Origin: Diplonema japonicum
Lineage: Eukaryota; Protista; Euglenozoa: Diplonemea
NCBI GenBank assembly: GCA_964019335.1
Contig: OZ025708.1
Span: 434,001 to 498,000, forward strand
DNA length: 64,000 nt
Direction: 5' to 3'
Position 1 is the first letter of the stretch. Each line of letters opens with the position of its first letter. A program made the translations under genes and the position numbers. Under the pieces are notes generated by a model. The model did no database searches, was not told the origin of the DNA, and saw only the letters and a list, made by a program, of their open reading frames with translations. Below, in pieces: positions 22,601 to 37,600 of the stretch.

Positions 22601-25600
22601 ACGGAAGCGACCTGCGACCACGACACGGACTGCCACTGGGATCCCACGGGGTGCGAGGGCTGCAAGGAGAAGTACTGCTACAAGACCTTCACCGACGACG
22701 CGAGCTGCAACGCGGACCCGAAGGGGACGTGCATGTGGGACTCGACGAACAACAAGTGCGTGGACAAGACGTGCGACTCGTACAACAACCCTGCAATGGG
22801 CACCGACAGGATGTGCGACTGCCAGGCGGACTCGAGGTGCGTGGTGGACCGTTCGGTTCCTACCGCCCCCGTGTGCAGGGACCAGCACTTCACGCAGTGC
22901 CCGGACCTAGACGTGGTGGTGGCCTTCGACGGGTCGACCTCGATGAACAACAGGTTCGGGACGCACCCCAACGGCTTCGAGGGGCTCATGGAGGCGCTGA
23001 GGGATTGGGTGCAGGCGCTCCCCCTCACTGGAGAAGCGGCTGGCGTGACCTCGACCGACACCAACGGAAGGGTGAGGGTTGGATTCAGCGAGTGGGACCA
23101 AGGGGTGAGGCTGGCGGAGTGCCCCAGCTGCGCTTGCAGCCCCTCTGTGGGTTCGGACGGCGATGGTATCCCCACCACGAGCAGCATGAACACAAAGGGA
23201 AAAACCCCTCCCCGCCCTGCCGACAACTGCGGGAAGCTCACCGGCGACAAGGCGCAGCTCCTTGCTGACCTGGACTGGCACGAGGGCGAGAAGCGCAGGC
23301 CGCAGACCCTGGTGAAGGAGGCTGAGGAGTTCGCAGGGGAGACCTTCAAGGCTTCCCCCGCCTACAGGAAAAAGATCCTCCTTATCTTCACAGACGGCAT
23401 GATCCAGGACAGAGCCTCCCTGGGACCAGCTGGTGCAGTTCTTGCGGCAGAAGGCGTGCAGACCTTCGGGATCGTGCTGACAAGGGGCAACCCTAACTTT
23501 CTGGACCAGCAGAACCTCGACGCCCTGAAGGAGATCGTGACCGACCCGAAGGACAGCCATGCCCTGATGATGCAGATCGACGAGGCTCACCAGGTGCTCG
23601 ATGACTTCTGTAACCCGAACAGCGTGTTCGGAGCCCTCATCACCAGTGGCTCCACCACGCAGCCCAACACGGAGCCCGCCTGCGACACGATCCAGAGCAT
23701 CCCCGACTGCATGGCCCGCTCGACTTGCCAGTGGAACTCGATCACCGTGGCCTGCGAGGACCACCCCTGCTTCAAGCACTGCGGTGAGACGGATTGCATT
23801 GCGGACACCACGAACCAGTGCAAGTTCAACAACGGGACCCTGCAGTGTGAGAAGACTGTGTGCAAAGACCACCTCAGCCAACAGGAGTGCATTGACAACG
23901 ACTGCAAGTGGGATGCCGCAAAAGATCCCAGGTGCTACGAGGGCCCTTGCCAGGCAACTGACCAAGCAGGATGCAACAACCTCGGGAAGCAATGCACTTG
24001 GGACACAACGATCCAGCCCGATCCGAAGTGCGTGGAGACCCCTTGCTACTACGACAACCAAACGGCGTGCGTGGCGGACACGGACTGCGAGTGGGATGAT
24101 GTGTGCCCTGACGACGCGGACCAGAAGTGTGTGCCGAAGAGGTGTACTCAGCCGGACCACCAAACGCAGGCGGGGTGCACGAAGGACACCTGGTGCGTGT
24201 GGACGAGCGCTCTCACTTGCGAGCTCGGGAAATGTGCGAAATACCCGACTGAGAAGTGCTGTGACCATGACGACGGCTGCCACTGGGACATTAGTTCCAA
24301 CCCTCCTGTGTGCGGGGAGAAGTACTGCCCCAAGACCTACCCGACTGTGGCCACGAAGGACCAGTGCGACGCCGACAGCAAGTGCATGTGGGACCCCAGC
24401 AAGCAGGCGTGCGTGGAGGAGGATTGCAGCAAGCTGGACACGTGTCCGTGCAGGGCTCACCCCGACTGCTACTGGGACGCTGCGCACAGCAAGTGCACGG
24501 ACGCGAAGTACGGCGAGTGCCCCACGATGGATGTGATCATGCTTATGGACGGGTCCGGGTCAATGGATGCCTGGTTCGGGAACCACCCGCACGGCTTCTA
24601 CGGGCTGATTGAGATCTTGAGGGACTGGGCAAAGACGCTCCCCCTCACGGGAGAGCTGGCGGGGACCAACACCGGTCCTGGCCCCGTCACTGGCGGTCTC
24701 AGGCTTGGGTTCGTGCAGTTCTCCGGGAGCAACCCCTGGTGGATCTACTCCGGGAAATCTGAAGCGATCCAAACCCCATCGGGTACGGGGACTGGCGGGC
24801 ACCTGTCGGGGGACCTTACTGAGATCAATGACGATTTGGACTGGCACGAGAACAACTACATGGGAGACGGCACCATGATCGAGAAGGGGTTGACGATGGT
24901 GGGGGACATGTTCGATGCCTCGCACCAGCACGCTGTTCGCCCCAGGATCCTCATCATCTTCACGGATGGGAAGATCTACGACCCGAACTCCCTGGGCCCC
25001 GCAAGAACTGTGTTGGACCAAGAGGACGTGCAGACTTTCGGTATCGTGATCAGGAAGCAGCAGGCGCACACGAAGGCGGATGTAGACGCCGAGGCGACGC
25101 TGAAGCCGATCACCTCAGACCCGCACGACGACCATTTCCAGAACCTCATGCTGGATGAGATCTCGACCAAAGTGTTGGGAGACATTTGTGACCCCAACGG
25201 GAAGTTCGGACACCTCATCGTGACGAACTCCCCCTCGACGCAGGCTGGTGTGCACGCTCCGTGCCCGAACCATGCCGACTCGCACCTCTGCAACGCCGAC
25301 CCCGGTTGCGAGTGGCACGCCGCGAGCGACGAGTGCCAAGACTCCCCGTGCATTGCGCACTGTGACGAGCAGTCGTGCGTCCAAGACACGGCGAACCTGT
25401 GCACGTGGAACGGAACGGAGTGCTGGAAGGAGACGAAATGTGCCTACACGGACCAGACCCAGTGCGTGAACTCCCCGGACCTCTGCGTGTGGGACAACGG
25501 GGTGTGCGTGCTGCCCCCGTGCACTCCGAACAAGAACCAAGCCGACTGCGAGGCCGACAAGGACGGCTGTGCCTGGGTGAACCAGAACGGGCAGGACATG

Positions 25601-28600
25601 TGCATCGTGGAGCCCTGCTCGTCGGACTACCAGTCTGTGTGCAGTTCCGACCCGGCGTGCAAGTGGGACTACCCTCTGTGCGGGAACACCTCGAAGCTGC
25701 AGTGCATGCCCAAGGGCTGCGATTACCTCACCGTGAAGGGGGACTGCGACGGCGACGTGCACTGCGTGTGGGACGCTGCGGCCTCCACCTGCAAGGACAG
25801 GGTGTGCGCGCAGTTCAGGGACGAAAGGTGTTGCGACAAGGACGCGACGTGCAAGTGGGATGTGACCACGGACCCCGCGGTCTGCTCGCAGAAGAAGTGC
25901 CCGGCGATCCAGACGCAGCCGAAGTGCGACGAGCAGAGCGACTGCATGTGGAACTCAACAACGAACACGTGTGTGGACCTGGACTGCAGCAAGTTCCCCG
26001 ACATGTGCCCGTGCAACCAGCACGACAAGTGCTACTGGAAGCCCGGTGCGGGTTTCGCTGGGACTGGCGCCTGCGTAGCGGTCGAGTTTGGGGAGTGCCC
26101 CACCCTCGACATTGTGCTGGTGCTGGACGGGTCAGGGTCAATGTCTGCAAAGTTCGGGAACCACCCTCACGGCTTCGACGCTCTCATGGAGATGATGAGA
26201 GACTGGATCGAGACGCTGCCCTTGAACGGGGAGGACGCTTCTGTGGGGATCAATTCGAAGAAGGACAACGGCGGGGTGCGTGTGGGCATTGTCCAATTCT
26301 CCGGATGGAACAACTGGAGGAGCGAAGCCAGGAAGACCCCCGGCGGGGTGGGATCTGGAGGGAGGCTCAGTGGCACGCTGCAACAGCTGGAAGACGACGT
26401 GGACTGGCACGAGGACAACTACATGGGGGACGGGACCATGATTGAAGAGGGTCTCACGATGGCAGCCGACATGTTCCACGCTTCGCCTGTGGACGGGAGG
26501 CAGAGGGTGCTGTTCATCTTCACGGACGGGCAGATCTACGACCCGAACTCCCTTTCCGGTGCGAGGGCGGAGCTCGACAAGGAGGGAGTGCAGGTGTTCG
26601 GTATCGTGGTGAGGAAGGCGACGCAACACACGAAGGCGGACCTGGACGCTGAGAAGACGCTGAAGCCGATCACCTCGGACCCGCACGATGACCACTTCAA
26701 GAACGTCATGATCGATGAAGTCCCGGACCTCATGAAGGGGATCTGCGACCCGAACGGCCCTTGGGGACACCTCATCGTGAAGGACCCCCCCCAGCCTTCG
26801 AGCGGGGTGCACCTTCCGTGCCCGGACTACCAAACCCAAGGGACCTGCAAGAAGGACCCCGGGTGCATCTGGTCCGACGTTGGTTCTGTGTGCTTGAACT
26901 CCCCGTGCCTGCTGCACTGCAACGACTCGGCGTGCCAGGGGGACCCGAACAACAACTGCACCTGGGTGAACGGGAGCATCTGCACGAAGGCCCCCGATCC
27001 GACATGCGACTGCGCGTACACCACAGGGGACCCCGTGTACAACGAGAACATGTGTAAGGCGAACGCGATGTGTGTGTGGGATGCTGCTAGCAGCGTGTGC
27101 CAGCACGACGAGTGCGCGGCAGGGCAGCCTGGGAACCTCACCTGCGGTGCTGTGAACCAGCTCTGCATGGACCCCACCCCTGCACCGTGCACGGACGACT
27201 ACTACTGCGACTGTGTGCCGCCTGCAACGAGGGATCCGACGACGCAGCCCGGACAGGCGGCCGCGGTGTGCGTTCTCGATGAGTGCGCCGTCGACTGCCC
27301 CACTTGCGCTGGGACAACGTGCAGCGACAAGAACCAGGACTGCTTTGACCCAACACCGACCGTGTCCAGCTTGAGCGACTGGACGTGCACCTGCAAGCCG
27401 CCCTACACGGGTGTGGCGGTGGCGAACGCCGCTGTCTGCCAGATCGACGAGTGCAAGGACCAGACCTGCGGGACCTGCGCGAAGAATACCTGCAGTGACA
27501 AGAACCAGACCTGCCACGACCCGGACACCACGGTGTCGAACGACTGGACTTGCACGTGTCCCCCGCCCGCAAACCAGAGCGCCGTCGCCGCTGCTGCGTC
27601 CAGCTGCGACTTCGACGAGTGCACCATCCACAAGGACACCTGCGAGAACGCGGACCAAACTTGCCACGACCCCGACCAGTCCGTAACCGGGGACTGGACC
27701 TGCACCTGCAAGCCGCCCTCGAACGGCACCGCCACCGCGCAGGTTGCTTGGTGTGAGCTTGACGAGTGCGTGAAGACATGTCCGAGCTGTGCAAACACGA
27801 CATGCACAGGAGAGAACCAGCTTTGCGACGACCCCAACAAGGGATCGCACTCCACCGGGGACTGGACCTGCACCTGCCAGAACCCCTTCACGGGCTCAGC
27901 CACGGCTGCCGCTGCGATCTGCAAACTGGACGAGTGCTCTGCTTTGTGCACCGGAACCAGTTGCGCCAACGCGACGTGTTCGAACGTGAACCAGACCTGC
28001 CACGACCCGGACTTCACGAAGCTGGGGGACTGGACGTGCAACTGCCCGCCGCCTTCGAAGCAGCTGCCCTCGCCGCAGCAGCCGGTGATGGGGTGCGAGG
28101 TGAACGAGTGCGACTTGCACAAGGCGGTGTGCGAGAACCAGGGCCAGGTCTGCGAGGACCCGGACCAGCTAGTCGCCGATGACTGGAAGTGCAAGTGCGT
28201 GCCCCCCATGAACGGGACCGCGACGGCGCAGCCTGCAGAGTGCACGATCGACGAGTGCGTGGCGAGCTGCGCCACTTGCGCGAACGACACCTGCAGCAGT
28301 GAGGGCCAGACCTGCGAAGACCCGGACACCTCGATGCACTCCACCGCGGACTGGACCTGCACCTGTCCGCCCCCTTACACCGGGGTGGCCATTGCAAACT
28401 CTGCGACCTGCCTCCTCGACGAGTGCGCGGCAAACTGCACCGATCCGACATGCGCGGGCACTACCTGCAGCGACAAGAACCAGACCTGCCACGACCCGGA
28501 CACCACGACTCTGGGCGACTGGACCTGTGCCTGCCCCCCTCCGTCTCAGAAGCAGCCGGTGGTGGGTGCGCCTGTGGTAGGCTGCGAGGAAAACGAGTGC

Positions 28601-31600
28601 GACAAGATGAAACAGATCTGCGAGAACGTCGGACAGACCTGCGACGACCCAGACCAGCTGACCCCCAACGACTGGGAGTGCAAGTGTGCACCGCCGATGA
28701 ACGGGACGGGAGTTGCAAAGCCTGCGGAGTGCACCGTTGACGAGTGTGCCAGCGACTGCGTTGGCCCGACCTGTGCGAACGCCACCTGCTCGGACGCCAA
28801 CCAGGTCTGCAACGACCCTGACACCGCTGTCCACTCTACCGGGGACTGGACGTGCACGTGCCCGTCCCCGTATTCCGGTGTGGCAATTGGGAGCGCTGCC
28901 ATCTGCCGCATCGACGAGTGCGTGCAGACCTGCCCGACCTGCGCGGACAACGCTTGCTCAAATGCTTCGCAGATCTGCAACGACCCGGACACGAGCAATC
29001 TCGGTGACTGGACTTGTTCGTGCCCCCCCCCTGCACAGAAGCCGTCTCAGGTGGGGGGTCCCGTGGCCCCCTCGTGCGACGTCGATGAGTGCGACCTGCA
29101 CAAGGACACCTGCGAGTCGCAGCAGCAGACCTGCTTCGACCCGGACCAGGGGAAAGTCGGCGACTGGCAGTGCAAGTGCGTGCCCCCCATGAACGGGACC
29201 GCGACGGCGCAGCCTGCGGAGTGCACGATCGATGAGTGCGTGGCGAGCTGCGCCACCTGCGCAAACGACACCTGCAGCAGCAAGAGTCAGACGTGTGAGG
29301 ATCCTGACACCTCGATGCATTCCACCGCGGACTGGACCTGCACCTGCCCGCCCCCGACCACGGGGAAGGCTGTGGCGAACTCTGCCGAGTGTGTGATCGA
29401 CGAGTGCGTGGAGACCTGCGGTACGTGTTCCAACGGAGCCTGCGCCTCGGAGGGTCAGACCTGCCACGACCCCAACGTGGCTGCGAACAGCACAGGCAAC
29501 TGGATCTGTACCTGCCAGCCTCCTTCCACGGGCTTCGCGACCGGGAAAGCAGCCATACCTTGCGTCGTTGACGAGTGCAAAGACCCCGACAACGAGAAGA
29601 AGTGTGCGGACGCCGGGCAGGAGTGCGTGGACCCGAACCCCTCGCTGGGGAGCCGCAACGACTGGGAGTGTCACTGCATCGTGCCGCCCGCCACCAAGAA
29701 CGCGTCGGCGGTGATGAACCCGGCCGATTGCGAATACCCTGGAGAGTGCAAGACTGACCCCGAGGCGAAGAAGTGCGTTGCAGCCGGTCACATCTGCGAC
29801 GACCCCAACACCGATCCCATGTCCACGGGGGACTGGGTCTGCATGTGCCCTCCCCCCTCGACCGGAAACAACGTGACCGCCACCAGCCCCGGCGGTGTCG
29901 CGGGGATGGTGTGCGAGACAAACGAGTGCGTGGTGGTCTGTCCGACCTGCGCGCAGACCGCGAGCAGCCCCACGAACCTCTGCACCGCCGAGGGACAGGA
30001 ATGCAGGGATCCCGACACGACAAGGTACGGCGACTGGCAGTGCGAGTGCCCGGCACCGTGGACCGGGACCCCCGTCACGGGTGGTGCCGCGAACTGCTCT
30101 CTCGACGAGTGCGTTGCGAACTGCCCGTCGTGCTCGAATGGGGCGTGCTCGGACGAGGGGCAAACCTGCGAGGACGCTAACACCGGTGTGCACGACCTGA
30201 AAGACTGGACCTGCACGTGCCCCCTGCCCGGTGTGGGGAGCGCGACAGCGAAGCCCGCAACTTGCGTTTGCGACGAGTGCAGTGAGGCGGACCAGAAGTG
30301 TTCCGCGGCCGGGCAGATCTGCTTCGACCCGAACACCGACTGCAACAGCAAGAAGGACTACACCTGCGAGTGCAAGGCCCCCTACAGCGGGACAGCCACC
30401 GCCCAGGCGGCCACTTGCGAGGTCGACGAGTGCAAGGAGAACAACGCCACTTGCACGGCTGTGGGTCAGGTCTGCAACGACCCCGATATGACGAAGCTCA
30501 ACGACTGGGAGTGCAAGTGTCCGCCCCCCAGCACCGGGATGGCTGTGGGCCAAGCGGCGGACACTTGCAAGCTCGACGAGTGTGTTGAGACGTGCAATAC
30601 GTGTGCAGGAACGACGTGCTCCGACGCGGACCAGACCTGCGCGGATCCCAACACGGACGCCGCGAGCACGGGGGATTGGATCTGCACCTGCAAGCCCCCT
30701 GCCGCGAACAACTCCGCAACGGGGAAGCCCGCGGTCTGCATCTGCGACGAGTGCGTCGGGGACACTCTGTGCGCCGCTGCAAACCAGTCCTGCTACGATG
30801 CGAACACAGTGTGCAACACGCCGTCGGACTTTGTCTGCGAGTGCGAACCCCCGATGATCGGGAACGCCACCGGGTCTGTCGCCACATGCTCCCTCGACGA
30901 GTGCGAGATCAACGGCGCCACGTGCGTCGCGCAGGGACAAGAGTGCAACGACCCGGACCATACGAAGGTCGGAGACTGGGAGTGCAAGTGCAAGCCGCCG
31001 AGCGTCGGGAATGCGACGGCGCAGGCTGCGGAGTGCGTGTACGACGAGTGCAAGATCCAGGACTGTCCAACGTGCGCAAACGACACCTGCAGCGCAGCGG
31101 CCCAGGACTGCGAGGACATGAACACCAGCCCCACGAGCACCAGCGACTGGGTTTGCAAGTGCCCTCCTCCGTCGAACCACACAGCCACGGGGAAGGTTGC
31201 GGTGTGCGATCTCGATGAGTGCAAGGAACCCGCGAATGCCGGGAAGTGCACGGAGATGTGCGTGCCTGGGACCCTGGACTGCGGTCAGACCTGCTACGAC
31301 CCGGACCCGACAACAGCGAGCACGGGGGACTGGGAGTGCTTGTGCCCGCCCCCGGCGACCGGGAAGATGGTTGCCGGCCCTGTGGTGCACTGCACTTATA
31401 ACGAGTGCGACGAGAAGGAGACCGTCTGCGCGGCAGAGGGGCAGGGGTGCGAGGACACGAACCAGCAGACGCTGAACGACTGGGTCTGCGAGTGCCTGCC
31501 CCCCGCAACGGGGAACGCCACGGTGCGACCGGCCAGGTGCCTGCTCGACGAGTGCAAAGTCCAGAACTGCCCCACGTGCGCGAACGACACCTGCAGCAGT

Positions 31601-34600
31601 GTCGGGCAGGAGTGCGAGGACCCCGACACGACGGCGACCAGCACCGGCGACTGGGTCTGCAAGTGTCCGTTGCCGTCGACCCACGAGGCGACGGCGAAGC
31701 CCGCTGTTTGCGAAATCGACGAGTGCGATGAGCCGCAGAACAACTGCACCGCAAACTGCGTTGCCCCGAACACCCCGAACTGCGAGCAGACTTGCTTCGA
31801 CCCGGACACCTCGCCGAACAGTCTCGGAGACTGGACCTGCAGCTGCCCCCCTCCGACGAGCGGAAAGGCTGTGGCCCAGGCGGCGATGTGCACTGTCGAC
31901 GAGTGCGTCGAGCACGGTGCGACCTGCACCGCCGAAGGGCAGACCTGTAGGGACCTGAACACCAGCAAGCTGAACGACTGGGAGTGCGTGTGCACGGCCC
32001 CCGCAAAGGGGTCGGCGTTCGCACAGAAAGTAAAGACCTGCGTGCTCGACGAGTGCGTTGAGGACTGCGACACCTGCTCGAAGAACACCTGCACGGACGC
32101 GGGGCAGACCTGCGAGGACCCGAACACGTCGGAGTCGAGCAAGAGCGACTGGATCTGCAAGTGCCCGTCGCCCTCGACGAACACGGCGACCGGGAAACCC
32201 GCGACCTGCGAGGTGGACGAGTGCAAGGAAAACGGGTGGAAGTGCACCGCCGACTGCAAGGGGGCGTTGAACTGCGCCCAGCAGTGCTTCGACCCGAACA
32301 CCAACACCACGAGCCTGGATGACTGGAAATGCGTGTGCCAGCCTCCGTCGACGGATTCGGCCGTGGCGAAGGCTGCGATTTGCACGGTTGAGCCGTGCAT
32401 CCACGACAACGAGCCCGCCTGCGATCAGGACCCCGATGGCTGTGAGTGGTCACTGCTCCCGACGCCCGTCTGCAAGCCGATCCCCTGCCAGCATACGAAG
32501 GAGGTGGACTGCAAGGCTGAGACAGGCTGCGAGTGGCTCGTCTACTCGGGGGCGTCGACGAACGCTGGAACGGGGGCCGTCTCCTACGAGGTGCTGATGC
32601 CCGTGAAGCCGTTCCCCGCTGTTGCGACGTGCGACGCCAGCTGTTCGTGCGCCGCGCAGAACGCGGTGTTCGTCCGCGTCGGGGACGGCTACGTCAACGG
32701 AAAGGACTCACTCACCTGTGGTGGCTGTGCCGCGGTGGGTGTGACAGTGAACTGGCAGGCGGCGGGGGGTTCCCTGACAGTAAGCGGTGGTGCCGGTGTG
32801 AGCGGCGACAATCTCGCGGAGATCGTGGCCAGCATCGAGTTCACCACCTCGTCGACGGACGGCGGGAAGAGGAGCCTCAGCTGGAACTTCGGAACGGTCC
32901 TAGACACGGCGGCTACGGCGACCGCGTGCGGCGGGGTGGTGGACCTCGTAGGGGGTGTGTGCGTGACAGAGAAGTGCGACTACGGCACTGACGCGGAGTG
33001 CGAGGCGGACCCGTTCTGCGACTGGGTGGGCGGGACGACCGACCCCTGCGTGATCGCCCCGTGCGTGCTGTACCCGAACGAGAAAGAGTGCTCGAAGGAC
33101 CCGGACTGCCGCTTCGACGTGAGCAGCTCGCCCGCCATGTGTAAGGAGAAACCGTGCAGGGCCTTCAAGGGTTCGGTGGAGTGCGATGCGGAAGACGAGT
33201 GCATGTGGAATGCAACGCAGACGAAGTGTGTGGAGAAGGAGTGCAGTAAGTTCAACGACGACCGCTGCCAGTGTCACGCGGAGGACAGGTGCTACTGGGA
33301 CGTGCGCTCCACGGTCCCAAAGTGCGTGGAGAGCAAGTACGGGCAGTGCCCGGTGCTAGACGTGGTGATGCTGCTGGACGGGTCCGGGTCGATGAGCGAG
33401 GCCTTCGGGCGTCACCCGCATGGCTTCTACGCCATGATGGAGATGATCCGGGACTGGGTGAACACGCTGCCCCTCACAGGGGAGGACCATACGGTCGGGA
33501 AGGCGTCAACGGCCCCGAACGGCGGGCTCCGAATGGGGATCATCCAGTTCTCCGGCCCTGTCCCGGAGGCGGTGAAGACTCCTGTCGGGGTGGGGTCCTC
33601 GGGCTCTCTGACCGGGGACCTGACGGAGCTGCAAGGGGACATCGACTGGCACGAGGCAAACTACATCCAGGGGAGCACCTTCATCGCGACGGGGCTGAAC
33701 TGGGCCGGGACCATGTTCCAGTTCTCCCCGTCCACGAGGCAGAAGGTGCTCATCATCGTGACGGACGGGGCCATCAAGGACACAGCGTCTCTCGCCTCCG
33801 CGAAGGCGGTCCTCACCGCGGAAGGGGTGAAGATCTTCGGGGTGGTGCTAAGGAAAGCGGCGGCGCACACGCAAGAGGATTTGGACGCGGAGGCAGCGTT
33901 GAAGCCGATCACCTCGGACCCGCACGACGATCACTTCATGAACGTGCTGATCGACGATATGCCGGATCAGGTCCTGAACGGGATCTGCGATCCGAACAGC
34001 AAGTGGGGCCAGCTCCTCATGCCCGGGGCGTCGAGCGAGAACCAGGCTGGGATGCACAAGCCGTGCCCGCAGCACCTGGTGCAGATGGAGTGCACAGCGG
34101 ACCCCGGTTGCGTGTGGAGCAGCGTGGGCCTGTCGTGCGTGGACTCTCCTTGCGTGGCGCACTGCGACAGCACGAAGTGCACGGCCGACACGGTGAACCA
34201 CTGCCAGTGGAAGGTGGTGAACGGGACGACAGATCCCTCCTGCTGGGTGGAGACAATCTGTGCCTACAACGACGAGACCTCGTGCGAGGCGGACGACGAG
34301 TGCGACTGGGATGCCTCGAAGCCTGACTGCGTGGAGCGCCCGTGCAACCAGCAGACAGAGACGGAGTGCGAGGCGGACCCGAAGGGGTGCGAGTGGACGG
34401 CCGCAACGAAGACCTGCGCGGAGAAGCCGTGCAAGCACACGGTGGAAGCGGACTGCAGCGCCGACGCCCTCTGCGAGTGGGACGCGTGTGCGGGGGTCGC
34501 CGGGGGCGGTGCCTGCCAGAAGAAGAGCTGCGACCCGACGGTCTTCACGGATGAGGTGTCTTGCACGAAGGACGCGCGGTGCCAGTGGGTGAGCGGTGTG

Positions 34601-37600
34601 ACGGGGTTCACCTGTGCGCAGGAGCCGTGCGCCATCCACTCCGGGGAGAGATGCTGCAACACGGAGGCGGACTGCCACTGGGACATCTCGGTGTCCCCTG
34701 CGCAGTGCAGCGTGAAGTACTGTGCGAAGATGAACGCGAACCAGGCGAAGTGCGACAGTGACAGCCAGTGCGTGTACGAGGGAAGCAGCTGCGTGGAGAA
34801 GGAGTGTGGGAAGCTCGCCGAGTGCGAGTGCAGGAAGGATGCGGACTGCTACTGGAACGGGGACAAGAGTTTCTGCACCCCGTTCCAGTTTGGGCAGTGC
34901 CCCACACTGGACCTGGTGCTCTTGTTGGATGGATCAGGGTCGATGAGCCAGGCATTCGGGCGCCACCCGCACGGGTTCGATGCCATTATGGAGATGGTCC
35001 GAGACTGGGTGACGACGCTGCCCCTGAGCGGGGAGAAGGGGATTGTCGGAGTGAACTCGCAGGCGAACAGCGGGAAGGTTCGTGTGGGGATCATCCAGTT
35101 CTCCGGGGTGAACGCGCAGGGGGCAGACCCCGGGAGGGCGGACGCTCAGGCAACCCCCGCTGGGATCGGCTCCTCCGGGAGTCTCACCGGGGACCTCGCG
35201 GAACTGAACACTGACATCGATTGGCAGGAGACCAACTACTACGGCGGTGGGACCATGATTGCGAAGGGGCTGACCGACGTGGCGCAGATGTTCCATGCCT
35301 CCCCGAATGACGGGAGGCAGAGGGTGCTCATCATCATCACGGATGGGCAGATCTTTGACCCGGACACCCAGGCCGTGCTGCAGGCGCGCGGGGAGCTCGA
35401 CAAGGAGAGGGTGCAGGTGTTCGGGGTGGTGGTGAGGAAGGCTACCGCGCACACCGCGATTGACGACCTCGCGGAGCAGACCCTGAAGCCGATGGTGTCG
35501 GTGCCGAAGGACGACCATTTCCAGAACCTCATGATCGACGAGGTCCCTACGCTGGTGCTGGGAGAGATCTGCGACCCGAACGGGAAGTTCGGGAGGCTCG
35601 TTGTCGGGACGAACGGGAGCAGCAGCACCGGGGTGAACAAGCCGTGCAAGCAGCACACCCTGATGGGGGCTTGCAACGCCGACCCCGGTTGCGCGTGGTA
35701 CGACGCGACCCTCTCCTGCGCGGACACTCCGTGCATGCAGCACTGTGAAGAGATCCCTTGCAGGAACGACACGGCTAACAAGTGCGCCTGGGACTCGACG
35801 AAGGGATTGTGCCAAAAGGAGCCGCAGGTGGGGTGCGACTCGCTCTCCATGGGAGAATGCCCGAAGAACCCCAAGTGCGAGGTGTCGAAGGACAACACGA
35901 CGTGCGTGGACAAGAAGTGCTTGCACGACACGGAACAGGGCTGCGTGACGGACCCCGACAAATGCGTGTGGAACAACATCGACCAGGAGTGTACGGAGAA
36001 GCCGTGCAACCATCCGGATGAGGCAACCTGCGAGAACGACGCGCTGTGCGATTGGAACAACGGTAACAACCCCCTGTCCTACAGCAAGGGTGTGAAGATG
36101 TCCCCGTTAAACCTGACCTGCAACCCAACAACGACCTGTATGAACGGTTGTGCCGGGCTGATAAACGGCGCGGCCGTGAGCATCGACAGCGCGGACTACG
36201 TGAAGGGGAAGGACACGTTGGAGTGCGCGGGGTGCCCCGCCCTCGGGATGAAGACAGAGTGGTCCGTGGAGACAGGCTCCCTGCTGCTGACCTCCATGGA
36301 TGGGCAGGAGAAGTCACTGGAGAAGTTCACGGAGGCTTTGAACCAGGTGACCTTCGCGACGACCTCCGCTGCAGGGAACCCAAGGGGGATCACATGGAAC
36401 TACGGGCAGGGGGTGTATGACGCCAGGACGGGCCACTACTACCGCTACTACGCCTCGAACACAGTGTGCCAGACGACCGGCGGTGCAACAACCGCCGGGT
36501 GCACGTGGGAGGACGCGAAGCAGGCCTGCGCGGCGAAGGCCTTCCTTGGGCTAAGCGGCTACCTGATGACAGCGAGCACTGACCTGGATACGGAAGTGGC
36601 GAGAGGGAGGATCGCCGCTGAGGGCTGGATGGGGGCCTCAGCGACGAACGGCGCGTGGACGTGGAGCACTGGTCCGGAAGCCGGGACAGCCCTCAACAGC
36701 TACGAGAACTGGATGACCGGAGAGCCCTCCGCGGTGAACGGTGACGGCTACTTCTTCCCCAACGGGGAGTGGAGCAGCGTGGCGAAAACGAGCGACAAGG
36801 CGGTGCTCGGGTACGCGTGCGAGTGGGGGACGACGAGCGGCCCCGCCTGCACTGGTTCCGTTGGGAGCGTCATCGTGAACGCGGGCGGCTGCGCGGAGGA
36901 GAAGTGCACGGAGACCAGCAGGACGGAGTGCGTGGCGGACCCGTACTGCGACTGGGTGGTGAACACGACTGCATGCGTGCAGAAGCCGTGCACGGACGTA
37001 ATGGAGGAGCTCCCGTGCAACAAGAAGGAGGGATGCCACTGGAGTCCGTCCATCTCTCCTGCGATGTGTGTGGAGGAGCCTTGCGCGAAGCTGAAGGACA
37101 CGCCAACCTGCAACGCCGACAACAACTGCGTGTGGGAGGATGGGAAGAAGATGTGCGTGGAGAAGAACTGCAACGACCTCTCGAAGTGCTTGTGCGTGGA
37201 GGACCCGAAGTGTTTCTGGAAGGCAGCTGGGACCAGTGGGTCGTGTGTGAAGAACACCTATGGTGCGTGCCCCACGATGGATATCGTGGTCCTTGTAGAC
37301 GGATCGCAGTCGATGAGCCAGTCCTTCGGGCACCACCCGCACGGCTTCTTCGCCCTGATGGAGATGCTGGGGGACTGGATCCAGAGCCTGCCCCTGAGCG
37401 GGGAGGCGGCGACGGTCGGGGCTGCCTCGCAGGCGAACAGCGGGAAGGTGAGAGTCGCGGTGGTGCAGTTCTCTGGGCACCCGCAGTTCTTCAGCCCTCC
37501 TAACACCTGGAGCGGCCCCGTGGTAGAGTCGGTGGCAGTGAGCCCGGTGGGAGTGGGGACGGCGGGCCGCCTCTCCGGAGCGTCCGCGGAGTTGAAGTCG

